Assembly (NCBI RefSeq): GCF_004010195.1
Contig: NC_057719.1
Coordinates: 22,126,896-22,190,895, forward strand
Reading direction: 5' to 3'
Length of the DNA: 64,000 nt
DNA from: Chiloscyllium plagiosum
Taxonomy: Eukaryota
Below, one piece after another: positions 46,186 through 58,781 of the stretch. The number at the start of each line of letters is the position of its first letter. Position 1 is the stretch's first letter. The translations under genes and the position numbers were made by a program. The notes below the pieces were generated by a model that worked only from the letters and a program-made list of their open reading frames with translations, was not told the DNA's origin and did not search any database.

Positions 46186-46619
46186 CTAAGTACAAGAGTT
46201 TTTACATCCTTGATTGCTTGTCAACTCCCAGCTCTGAGCTTTTGCCACATTCCAGTTGCCAATGAAAATGAATTTGAAATCTGTCCTTATTATCATTGAG
46301 AAGAACAATACTATCAGCAGCTTGAGAACACAACCACCTAAAGGTTGCCTTCTAAATCACACATGATCCTGACTTGGACTCACAAGCCTGATCTTTCATC
46401 ACCACTGGTTCAACATGCTGAAGCTTGCTACCTCACATCACAGTGGAATTTTAATCAAGAGGATTGCTGCAGTTCAAAAGTCAGCTCACAAATACCTTCT
46501 CAAAAATAACTAGGACTGGGCAATAAAAATGTGGCCTTCCTTCTAACACCTTATTCCCAGGATTTTTTTTTTAAATCACATGTTTATTACATAATAATTT
46601 GCTTTCAATAAAGTCCCTA

Positions 46620-46930
46620 TAATGGTACAGTGGTTAGCACTGCTGCCTTACAGAACCAGGGACACGGGCTTAATTTCAGCCTTTGTGGAATTAGTACATT
46701 CTCGTCTGATGTTCCAGTTTCCTCTCACTGACCAAAGATGTGCTGGTTAGGTGGACTGACCATGCTAAGTTGTCCATAGTGTCTGGGAATGTGCAGGCTA
46801 GGTGAATTAACCGTGGGGAAATGCAGGGTTGCAGGGATAGAGTAGTGAATATGGGTGGGATCTTTTTTGGAGGGTCAGTGTGAACATAATGGACTGAATG
46901 GTCTGCTTCTACTCTGTTGAAATTCTCTAA
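46620..46930 (+). mobile_element. HE1-like V-SINE (decayed)
   Basis: CAGTGGTTAGCACTGCTGCC head; CATGCTAAGTTGTCCATAGTG body. Confidence 0.7.
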
Positions 46931-49900
46931 TAGCCGCTTCAGTAATCAAACACATGCCTAATATTTGAAAGCAATGAGATGCAGCTCAAAGGTTCTCTCT
47001 GCAATGAGGGGAAGAAAGCATTGAGCTCCCGAAACCTATTGGAGCTCCTTCTCATCTGGCCCTAATCTTTTGAAGTGAATTAAGGACTAATGAGAAACTT
47101 ATGTAAATATGTAAGAAACAATCAAATCCCATTGACACACAACATTGCAATTCCACCCAGCTAAAGTTAATTTTACAATCTGTCCTTAATTTTTGATCTT
47201 ATTTTTATAGCCAAGATGCAATGATTACAAATCTATTATTGGTATGCTTCAGTTAATAGCAGTAAATGGGCAAAGAAGATAATTTATACAGCTCCAAACT
47301 TTAGCACCCTTGAGGTACAAGCTGATTACATAAATGATAATTTAATTTAGGAGATACCATTAGCTTTTATCATATTGTGCTAACTCATTTAGCTTTGTAT
47401 GACTCTATGGCTAATGATTGATGGTGGTTGGTGATAATACATGGAAGTAATCCAACAGTTTTAGTGATAGTCCCATTATAGATTCATCCTTTAATAGACT
47501 TTTTAATGTCATGCATATTACCATGTACAGAGTTAATATCTCAAATCAGAGAAAATGTAATCACAAGAAGAGATTACAAGGCAGCAAACTTGTGTAATGT
47601 CCAGGACTATGGAAGATGGTTATTTGGCTCATTCAGATTCATTCATCCAAAGTAAATCATCCATACATTATTATTGAAAGGATTCCAATTTTTGCTTCCA
47701 CCACCAGGTCCAGAAAGTTTACCAACAAAAGAGAGACGTCAAAAACAAATTGTCACTATATAGTTCAAAACAATGCTGCAATTGAATTGAATTATCTTTA
47801 TTGTCACGTATACTCAGGTGAGTACAGTGAAGAATTTCCAAGTCATCACTTATGGTGCCATCTTAGGTACGAGGTACCCTGGTGCAGATTCTTCAGTACA
47901 AGTTCTTAGGGGGAAAAAAATCGAAAAAATAAAGAAGGAAAACGGTCAGCATTACAGATTGTAGGAATAAATTCGAAAAGTAAAGAAATAGTAAGATCAG
48001 AAGAACAGTCCTTCCAACCCAGTCCACACTGGCACTTAGCCACCAGTCTGCACTGGGCCATGACTTCAGACTGTGCCAGGCTTTATCTCGAGGCTTTTGA
48101 GGCCAGGACTCCACGCTGTAATCACCTTGAGGCCAGAAGTCCACTATGAGGCCTTGCCAGGTTGAAAGACTGAAAGATTTTTAACTCCCTGTAGGCATTT
48201 AGGGATGGGCAATAAATGCTGACCTAACCAATGATACCCATATCCCATGAATTAATATTTTAAATATTGCTTTTAACTTCCATATTTCCTTAAATTCATT
48301 TATCATGGAATAGCAAATGGAACATGGTGCAAACTTGAGAATACCTGTTTTCATCATGGAGCATATATAGTTCTGAGGGACCCGCGAGTGGATTTGAAAT
48401 ATGCACAATTTGACTTGCACTAGGTTTAAGGTGGAGTGAGGTAAACAAATTTGAATACTTCCCTGACGCATTGAGTAATGAACTGTTGCTAGCATGGTAC
48501 CCAGTACCTCATTCAATTGGTTATTCTCTACATCAATTAAAATATGGATTGTAACTGATTAATCAATGCCATGAATTACGCATTCGCATCTCCAGACACA
48601 CACACTTGCTAGCCGGGGGGAAAGGAGTGACGGGGTTACTGGTTATTGATTAGAGCAAGAACTCTGTCTGATTTGATACTATCTCTAATCGTAGTGCAGG
48701 GCCACAATGACCAATTTCTACAGCCACAAAAAATTAACCTGCATTTAACATCAATTTACTGGGAAGAAATCAGGTGCAAGAAACTCTTCTTTCATAAGGC
48801 TTTAAAAAATTCACCATCTGCAACTGATTGCTCCCAGTTGTGCAACTCCTTTGATTATCTGAGGGCCTGTTTAAACTGGGAGATCAAATTTAGTTTGATC
48901 AGACCCCGTATTTACATTAAACTCTGGCCTCCACTGAGGGAACTGGTTGGACAGTATCAAATTACAGTCCAATATATGTTGCTGTAGAGTTGAGAAGGGC
49001 TAAAATGAAGAAGGTCTTTAAATCAAATTGCATATTTCCCTGCCTGCTCTCAGTCGGAATGGAAGCCATTTACATCACAGACAGTTAGAATGTGGGACCA
49101 AAAGGTGACCCTTTTAAAAGTGTTGTCAAAAAAATAAATAAATGGGGGCTGTTAACTGGTGACATTTTCACGGCAGCAGCTGTAAAGTTAAAATTGGCCT
49201 TCATTATTAGCTGTAATGTAAATAGAATTTTACATTTATTCTTCAGTAGTTGGATAGTACAGCTATTAGTGCACTCAGGAACAGTGTATTTGCTACAATA
49301 ACAATCAATTTAAGATAATCAGTTGAATTCATAATGTGGCTCCTTTACTTTTTTGAAAAGTAACCTACATTTATATGCAGGGACCCATTCTGTACAAACA
49401 CGTAAAATATGTTCGAGCGTCATAGCTTTATGAATTCTCTTGGAGCTTAGGGAGCTTATAGTTCACCGTTACCTTCCCCATGGCAATGCCTCAGAGGATC
49501 AGAGTTCATTTGCCAACAAATCAACATTTTTCTCCAGCCACATAATTTGTTGTGAGCATCTGAAATTTGCCATCCGTGGATTTGTCCTGTAAAATGCAAA
49601 ATGAATTGTCGGCAACATATCTCTCCTACAGCAATCAAGCTCCGTACTGCCTTCAACAATAAGAAGATTAACCTCCGAAATCCACAAATATGTTCCTTTG
49701 TGCCAGGAATAACTCCAACCAGTGAAAAAGGATTCCGCCCATTCCTATTTTTTTTCGGATTCTTAATTCTACAATCAGCTAAAAGTTGGTATTAAGGGCA
49801 CTTATTCTCACTTCACTTAAAGCAGATCAACTTAACCTTTTTTTTATTGTTGTATGAGGGACCATGCTGTACATACCTTGCTTGCTGCATTTTCTCCATT

Positions 49901-50214
49901 ACAGCAGTAACTATATTTCAGAATTATTCAATTTTCTTCAGAACATCTGATGGCCATGAAATTGATGCAAATCTTTTTTCATTTGTCGTTCATATGAAAA
50001 GAAAGATAAAAAGGCCTCTGCAGATACTTTGACCATTGCTTCTTGACAAAGGTCATTATTACCGATAATTTTGGCACACTGTGTACTCCCCTGCTTCTCC
50101 AGATTTCTTCCCTACTTTAAGGTCCAGTGTCACATCCAAATGACTATTAATATTTCTGTGGGAAGATTGTGTATGAATCAGCATCACAACCTTCACTGAA
50201 CATGTACCTAGAAT

Positions 50215-50525
50215 TATGGAATTTCTATAGTGTAGGAGCATTGAGTCCACACTGACCTTCTGAAGAGAATCTCACCCAGCCTGGGCCCATAACCTTACAT
50301 TTATTTTGGCTAACCCATCTAGCTTGCACATCTCTGGACACTATGCGTAATTTAACATAGCCAATCTACCTAACTTACACATCATTAGACTGTGGGAGGA
50401 AACCAGAACATCTGGAGGAACCCATGTAAATACGGGAGAAAGTGCAAATTGCACTCAGATAGTCACCCGAGGCTAATATCCCCATTGGCGCTATGAGGCA
50501 GCAGAACTAATCATTGAACCACTGT
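50215..50525 (-). mobile_element. HE1-like V-SINE (decayed)
   Basis: GACTGTGGGAGGAAACC...GGAGAAAGTGCAAA...GAGGCAGCAG, collinear with 989-1278. Confidence 0.7.
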
Positions 50526-53500
50526 ATTTGGATTACATACTTGTCACGAATAGACAATTGCATTCAGGAATGAAAACCAAGGTATTTTTCTCTCACTGGG
50601 AGAACTGAGACCAACTGCAATCCCATCCTGTTAACTCAGCACAGACAGAACATCAAGACTGGGATATTTCTGATTGCCAAATCATTGTAGAACAACTATT
50701 CAAAGGTTTGCTGTCACTTTACAAGAAGGTTGAGTCATTGGCATAATATTTTGCCCAGAATTCATCCAAAGGGCATAATGTGACACAGGATTTTATATTC
50801 TAATTTAATTTTACTTATGGGGCAACAACCCAATGACATGAATGTATTTATCATGGAATATGATAAATAAACACCTTTGTGATATAACAAACCTTGTTAG
50901 TTTACTTTATGTCTTATGTTTTGTGTCTCACCAGTCTCTGGATACTGCAGTTTTACTATCTGCAAATTATCTGAATACATTACGAGGTTGTCCTCTGTCA
51001 ATATGGAAGTGGTTTGCAGTGCTGCAAATATTCTCAAAGATTGCCCATTTGGAGAAATCACTGCTGAAGGAGCATCCAGAATATTGCAAACTAAAGTGAA
51101 CCTTCTGTCAATCATTCGTCTTAGTCACAGCTCACTAATGGCCCAGTTAGGGACATAAAACGCCAGATGTGATCGCTGAAAGATTTATGTCACCAATCAC
51201 TAGGTGATATATCAGGACTGTCCTATTATACCACTGTGGTGTTACATACCCAGAATTATGTTTGACTTGATGGGTAATTATGCTCTCCTAAGGTTCTACC
51301 AGCAGCTCTCTTCCTGTCAACTTTCCTGTATAGCTCCCACAGTCTTATGGGTAATGTTGTCTTTTTAACTGAAAACAGGTCAATTTTCAGAACTGCCAGA
51401 TGTCTTTCTTGGTCACTGGAGACCAAAGGCTGGTGGCATAACCAACTGTTTAAAGGCCTCATTTAAATTATTAGTGAGAAAAGAACAAAGAACAAAAGGT
51501 TAAAGGCACGTTTTGCTCTTTATTCAAATTGTTCATTTGGCCAACATGTCAAGCACCAGATGATTACTGAAACGGCACCATTTATTATTCTCAGTACGTG
51601 CTTTGAATAATAAAAAATAACTTCCAATTACATCCGTCTAGTCTAAAGGAAAAGGCAGTGTACAAACAGAAAAGATAAATTCAATTTTTATTATAAATTT
51701 ATTGTTGTAAATATTAGCGCTGAGTTGAGTTTAAAAAATTACTTTAAAATTGTAGCACTTCAATTTGACACCCAGAGAGGATGATAATTCATAGATTTCA
51801 GTATTTGAAAAGCATTTGAATTGTATTTGTAAAGATTTTGACAATTAGCTTTCAAGTACAAAGATTACAGGCATTGCATTCACTCATGAACATCAGTGGG
51901 ATTAATTTAAGTGGAATTGTTCTCAATGTTTATTACTAGCTATTTCAGAATGTGAATTTTAAAGAGATGATGTCAAATATTTCAGATAGAACTTTAGCTT
52001 TGTAAAATTTTCCTTTCTAATTTGCTGTATTTATCAGTTTTCACTTTCTGAAAGTGAATTGGAGAAGGTTACAATATCATTATTAACGCTTACCATGTCT
52101 TCACTAATGGCCATATAGTTGAAAGGAGTCTATTATTTAATGGTATCAATAGAAGAAAAGAAATTTTGATGCACACAGAACTGAGATTGGAATTTTAAAT
52201 AAATGTAAGATGTCATGAACAGGGCAGCCAAATGAAGAGGTGAATTTAATTACTAATTGCTGACTGTTGCTTCAGCACAAAGTTGGAATCTTCTGTGTCC
52301 ACCAAATCTGTTTAGGAAGGCAGATCTTAAAAGGACAGAAGGCCAAAATTCAGAATCTGGATGTCAAATTAAAGTTCTGGGACACAGAACCTGGTGACTA
52401 TGAAACCAGTGGACCTTCCTGACCATAATGGCTGGGAAGCTTTCTTGCACTCATTATTCATTGTCTTGAACACTCATTAACTCATCTCAGCATGTTCGAA
52501 TTACATTCAAGTTAGGTTGCAATCTTGTTAGGTAAAAGCCAGGAAAATGTTAGCTCACAACTCTAACCATGTATATGAGGCCATAGTTGGGTTGTTGGGG
52601 ATGAGGGAATGGGGTTGTAGGGATGTTAGAAACAATGTTCCTGGAACCTTTGTGTAGAACGTTTTCAGGAGCATGGATCCTTCCTAAGACTGAAGTGTTT
52701 CTTACACTGCTACAGTGTGAAGGATGCAGACTGCCCAATCTGTCAATTTGATCAGAGAATTAATTTATAATCAGGTCTTGCAAGACCTTGTTTTCTACCA
52801 TTAATCATGTGAGAAATGCAGATAGTTTGGCCCACCCAGCCTCTCTAGGCAAGGCAACCACACAGCAAGGTATCAGCAAATTTGATTGAGACAGGCATGA
52901 GGGGTGCAACGCAATAGGGGCTCATTAAAATGTTACAAATGAGAGTGGGAAGGCATAACAGGGAATTAAACTTGAAGAGCATGGTTGTTGGGATGTCATT
53001 GGGATCCCGAGAGTAGAGACAGCCAAGTTGGTGACAGATGAAAAATTAACAGCAACAGAGATAATGGGGTCAAAGAATGGTGGCAGCTACATATTGAGAG
53101 TGTGCACAATCGAGTCATTAGATGTGCTGGATAGGGTGAAGGAGAAGGTGAATTGAAAAAGGGCAGAGCAAGGCTATAGGCTGGCACAGTGTGCTAAATG
53201 AGTGTGAGCTCAGGGTGGATGCTGTTGGCAGAAATATCAGGAAGTCGAATGAAATTCTGAAAGGGAGCCACTGCTACAGAAAGAGATTGCAACATGTCAG
53301 AGGGGAAGCTAAAGGGAAAGAGAAGACTATCTACACGACTGAAGGCATGTGTAAGAAATGGGTAACTTGGAGGCAGGCTAAGGTCCCACAAACCCCTCTC
53401 ACCTAATGAATGAATGCATTAAACTGGAATTAAAGCAATGGAGTGAAGGTTCCTGCATATATCCAGTAGTTACTGATTTCTCTGCCAGGCCCAGCTCTCC

Positions 53501-54005
53501 ATGACAGCCCAACACCTATTCCATGAAGAAAGCCATGCACTTATATACCGTTGCCACAATGTCAGACAGACTGCTTGGTCTTTTACTTTGGTCACATGAT
53601 CACTAGCACAACAGACATTTGTATCCCTATTTGTATCTGTACCTGCATCACAGCCACCAAAGGGGGTTCCAGAGGCTCATCACCTGTAGTGGATCCAGCA
53701 GAGACCAGCAGTCCTCTGATTGTCAGAGACCTTGACAATAACCTATTGTACCAGCTCCAGTCCCATTACCGAATGTGACCTTGAGCCCTCTATTGATAGA
53801 TTATCTGCTGAAGTGAATGTGTCTGTGCTGATGGAGGCTGGGAGGAACATCGTGATGGAGCATCCTCTGAAGTACCTGACTGTTAGAACCCCAAAGTACT
53901 TATGGACATATTGAAATTCCCATACCGTTTCAGAAAATAGGACTGCTATAGTTAAAGGATGACTACAAAGTCCTGTGTGGACCCATGGAACGATACACTT
54001 GTATG

Positions 54006-54313
54006 GGGCAGCACGTTGGCTCAGTGGTTAGCACTGCTGCCTCACAGCATCAGGGTCCCAGGTTTGATTCCAGCCTCAGGCGACTGTCTATGTGGAGTTT
54101 GCACATTCTCCCCGTGTCTGCATGGGTTTCTTCCAGGTGCTCCGGTTTCCTCCCACAGTCCAAAGATGTGCAGATCAGGTGAATTGACCGGCCTAAATTG
54201 CCCATACTGTTAGGGGCATTAGTCAGAGGGAAATGAGTCTGGGTGGGTTACTCTTCAGAGGATCAGTGTGGACTGGTTGGGCTGAAGGGCTGTAGGGAAT
54301 CTAATCTAATCTA
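54006..54313 (+). mobile_element. HE1-like V-SINE, near full length
   Basis: tRNA-like head, V-domain and (AATCT)n tail. Confidence 0.9.
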
Positions 54314-54770
54314 AGATGCAGTGTCAGTGAAACTTAAAACAGAAAGACTAAAATGGAGGAGAAATTGAGAGGCTGACTAGCCATTTCCTTCTCAGCAGGA
54401 AGCCATTTCCTGCAGACTTGTTTGTGTCTTACCCTTATGGTTATACACACAAAAAGCTTTAAAACTGATTGCAATCCCTCACTTTTGATTGCAATCCCTA
54501 ATTGCAATCCCTCAGTAGCTTGACATGCTAATGTGTGGACTAGTGTGCTGTGAAGGTCACAGTTTGCGAACAGCTTTTAGTCACTCCTGCACAGCAGGTG
54601 AAGGAGAAAAATCCTCTCTTAACAAAGAAATGAAAATGGATGGACCGCCTGGCATTAATCTAGGCATCAGAAAAGAAAACGCCAGAAACGGCCCCTGTTG
54701 ACCATGCAAAGTGCCCCTGCGGCTCGTACCAAAATTGGGAGAGGAGTCTCATAGACTAGTTGGGCGACAG

Positions 54771-54925
54771 ACCTGAAAAGTGTGTTGCTGGAAAAGCGCA
54801 GCAGGTCAGGGCTTATGCCCGAAACGTTGATTCTCCTGCTCCTTGGATGTTGCCTGACCTGCTGCGCTTTTCCAGCAACACATTTTTCAGCTCTGATCTC
54901 CAGCATCTGCAGTCCTCACTTTCTC
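54771..54925 (+). mobile_element. Fold-back PLE-derived mini-element nested in an older LINE fragment
   Basis: 54773-54809 is inverted relative to 54853-54890; flanking 15-bp repeat CTAGTTG(G/A)GC(G/A)ACAG at 54756-54770 and 54926-54940. Confidence 0.8.
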
Positions 54926-56392
54926 CTAGTTGAGCAACAGCCTGACATAGTCATAGTCACAGATTCATACCTTGCAGACAACTTCCCAGGCACCACTATC
55001 ACCATTCCTGGGTATGTCCTGTCCCACGGCAGTACAGACTCTGAGAGGTGCCAGCACTGTGGTATACAATCAGAGAAGGAGTTGTCCTAGGAGTCCTCAA
55101 CTTTGACTCCGGACGTCCAAAGCCTGTTGACCATCTGCAAGACACAAGTCAGGAGTGTGATGGAATCCTCCCCATTTTTCTGGATGGAGCAGCTCCAGCA
55201 ACATCCAGGAGAAAGCAGCCCACTTGATCGACACCAGATGCATAAGTATCCACTCCCTCCACAACCGTCGCTCGGTTCGGCAGTGTGTATGACCTACAAG
55301 ATGCACTGCAGAAATACACCAAATATATTTAGATAGCACCTTCCAAAGCCATGACCACTCCATCTAGAAGGACAAGGATAGCAGGTACATGGGAACAACA
55401 CTGCCTGCAAGTTCCCCTCCAAGCCACTTAAGCTATCCTGGAGCACCTTCCTTCACTGTGGTTTTCTCAAGATCCTGGAATCATCTCGCTAAGGGCACTA
55501 TGGGTCAAGCTACAGCATGTGAATTGCAACGGTTCAAGAAGTCAGCTCACCATCACCTTCTTAAATGCAACTAAGGATGGGCAGTAAAATATAGCCAGCG
55601 ACACCCATATCCTGCACGTGAATTAAAAAGAAATTGACTGCTGTCAGCCAGCCACTGTCAAAAGAAACGAGTGCAAAAGGATTTTAATCAAGCAGCAAAG
55701 TCAATGATCTTGAGGTTGACTGCTCATGTACCAAAGTCAATGTTACAATTAGCCATGTAATTACTGCAACATTCTACTGTCTCCTCTTCACTATAATTCA
55801 CAGCCACCTATATATCTTGTTTTTGCACTCATGTGCATGTGCGTGTTTGTGTCCCCTCTCGAACACACTGGTCTGGGTGACAGGGCAGGGAAGTGAATGA
55901 AGAAGGGGAGCTATTTAAACCTGGAGCATAATGATTTGGGGTATTCTAACTTAGGGGTCCTTACCTGGTGACAGTTAGCAACAGGAGTTGGTACTAGAGT
56001 TGATACTTCAGATGGGCTTGGAGAATGGTGCTCTTTAGGGAACAAAAAGAAGTGGAGGTCTGATCAAAGTAGAACAGAAAAAGCTAGTATTGCAAGCTGC
56101 CTCCCTGACCCAAGATGTTTTCAAGATGTTGCTGCTTCATGTGCAGATGGCAGGAGCAGAGTAGAGGCTTTTTCACTACATACATCCCATTTTCCCTTCA
56201 GCATAGACATAAGCACTTTGATATCTTGACAGCCCAGCTGCCTCCTACTTGGAGTCAGTCAGGAGTCTTATGTCACGCTATCTGTGCAAGTTCACACTCT
56301 CATTGTGCATATTCTTCTCTTGCAGAAGGAGGGAAGCAGAAAGACACACTAGCATGGGTACATGAATACTTTTCCTGCATTCATATATCCTG

Positions 56393-56599
56393 ATTTGGAG
56401 ATGCCAGTGTTGGACTGGGGTGTACAAAGTTAAAAATCACACAACACCAGGTTATAGCCCAACAGGTTTAATTGGAAGCACACTAGCTTACGGAGCGACG
56501 TTCCTTCATCAGGCGGTGAAGGAGTGACGCTCCAAAAGCTAGTGTGCTTCAAATTAAACCTGTTGGACTATAACCTGGTGTTGCGTGATTTTTTTTAAC
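56393..56599. mobile_element. Palindromic PLE-derived mini-element with a perfect 13-bp target-site duplication
   Basis: TTCATATATCCTG at 56380-56392 and 56600-56612; arms of about 85 bp centred near 56512. Confidence 0.9.
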
Positions 56600-57570
56600 T
56601 TCATATATCCTGGTTGAGTTGTCAATCCCTCGAATTGAGAATACATTTCTGAGTGACTGCTGCGAAAAATGTGGCATGGGACATCTGAGGAGCTAAGGGT
56701 AAATGTTGTTTCTGATTTGTTAAAGAATTTGACTAGGTGACAGAAAATGAAGCATTTTAGGATGTTCATGCATGAGATACCTCTGAAATGTTCTGACCAA
56801 AGTTTCTTTTCGTGTTTGAATCCTTGTTCCATGCACTTCTTTGGTGAAAATATATTAGGCATTGAAGTTCTTCGAGTTGTGATGGGGCTAATGGTGCAGG
56901 TGCTGCTGAAAGCTGTAGTACATTTGTTTTGACTGTGAGCCCTGGCAGATATGAGAGTGCTGGTACTATTGTGAGGCAGTTAGTGAACATTGGTAGCTCT
57001 AGTTAATTGAGACATATTCAGTGCACTGGATAGCGATACCGCACACTCAGTCTTGGTTGTGGCAGTCTTCTGGATTGTGACCATTCTACAGTGTGTGTTC
57101 TGCAGAGTGACACTTATCCTGGTAGATCACAGCAGATCATTCATCTTTTTGGTGGAACTCACATTAGGTTCTCCTGAGACATCCCTTGTGCTGACCATTG
57201 CAGCAATCTTTGTTCAGAACGCATTTATTGGTTGAAATGTTCTATCCGATGGAAATATTACATCCTTTCTCCCTCTCACATGTCCTGCAGGAGAATGTCT
57301 GGTTAAAATGAGCAGTCACTTTCCTGTCTGGTCTTGAATATTTCCTTGGTATGTTGGGACTGGCTGTCAGAGTTGGATGATAATACTGTTTTACAGAGTG
57401 AAGTTAGCTGAGGTGGCTAGGTGGATGGTTTGTGATGCTAACATTTTGTCTTCAATCCCTGTTTTGGCTGAGGTTACCTGGAAACAGGGGTCATGCCTTC
57501 TCAACCTTGCTCCTTACCTGAGGCACACTGACCCTCAAGAGAAGCTCACCACCAATTATCTCTTTCATGA

Positions 57571-57858
57571 AGTCAGAAGTTATACAACACCAGGTTATAG
57601 TCCAACAGGTTTAGTTAAAATGACAAGCTTTCGGAGCGCTGCTCCTTCACTCAGGTGAAGTGGAGAGAGGCACCAAGGCACAGAATATATACTGGAGGAG
57701 AGATAATGACAAGATAATGCCAGGAATTAAGAATGTCAATAAATAAATACAAATATTGTGAGTAGAGTGTTGACAGGCTGAAAAACAAATCTTTACAGCA
57801 CTGGTGTTGTGTGACTTCTGACTGTCCACCTCACTCTAACACCAGCATCTCCACATCA
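57571..57858. mobile_element. PLE pLTR fold-back insertion splitting a tRNA SINE
   Basis: AGTCAGAAGTTATACAACACCAG ... CTGGTGTTGTGTGACTTCTGACT inverted ends; imperfect flanking repeat TCT(C/T)TT(T)(C/A)ATGA. Confidence 0.65.
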
Positions 57859-58004
57859 TCTTTTTAATGAGACAGCTGACTATCATGGCTAATGGTGTTT
57901 GGGTATTATTTAAATGTTGTTTCTGGAAGCTGAAGTGAAGAGGTCTTAATGGGCTTTGGAATGCCCTACCCATACGATTTGGTAGGTCATGATGAGCTGA
58001 GAAG

Positions 58005-58781
58005 AATGTAATGCCCCTGGTGCTCACTTTCCACCCTACCAACCTTCGCATAAACCAAATCATCCACCAACATTTCTGCCACCTCCAAAAAGACCCCACC
58101 GCCAGGGACATATTTCCCTCCCCACCCCTTTCTGCCTTCCGCAAAGACCGTTCCTTCCGTGACTACCTGATCAGGTCCACGCCCCCCTACAACCCACCCT
58201 CCCATCCTGGCACCTTCCCCTGCCACTGCAGGAACTGCAAAACCTGCGCCCACACCTCCTCCCTCACCTCCATTCAAGGCCCTAAAGGAGCCTTCCACAT
58301 CCATCAAAGCTTTACCTGCACATCCACTAATATCATTTATTGCATCCGTTGCTCCCGATGCGGTCTCCTCTACATTGGGGAGACTGGACGCCTCCTAGCA
58401 GAGCGCTTTAGGGAACATCTCCGGGACACCCGCACCAATCAACCACACCGCCCTGTGGCCNNNNNNNNNNNNNNNNNNNNNNNNNNNNNNNNNNNNNNNN
58501 NNNNNNNNNNNNNNNNNNNNNNNNNNNNNNNNNNNNNNNNNNNNNNNNNNNNNNNNNNNNNNNNNNNNNNNNNNNNNNNNNNNNNNNNNNNNNNNNNNNN
58601 NNNNNNNNNNNNNNNNNNNNNNNNCTCTCCACACTTCATGCTCTCTGCCTTTATTCCTGATGAAGGGCTTTTGTCCGAAATGTCGATTTTGCTGCTCCTC
58701 GGATGCTGCCTGAACTGCTGTGCCCTTCCAGCACCACTAATCCAAAATCTGGTTTCCAGCATCTGCAGTCATTGTTTTTAC
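58005..58781 (+). mobile_element. Young PLE 3' part (Cys-rich linker + GIY-YIG, open frame) and hammerhead tail, interrupted by an assembly gap
   Basis: PLVLTFHP...FPCHCRNCKTC...NIIYCIRCSRCGLLYIGETGRLLAERFREH; CCTGATGAAGGGCTTTTGTCCGAAATGTC at about 58656. Confidence 0.9.
58461..58624. other. Assembly gap (164 N)
   Basis: Run of N. Confidence 1.

Noticed and set aside
49499..49587. Resemblance of IMWLEKNVDLL* to M1 aminopeptidase C-termini
   Set aside because: Too short, spacing does not fit, and no other aminopeptidase exons were found
52750..53950. Possible ancient DNA-transposon (Harbinger-like) remnants, also 55650-57300
   Set aside because: Impression only; no TIRs or transposase motifs could be demonstrated
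53959..54213. ORFs reading VAQWLALLPHS... and tRNA-like sequence (also 1079-1298)
   Set aside because: HE1-like SINE heads; neither proteins nor functional tRNA genes
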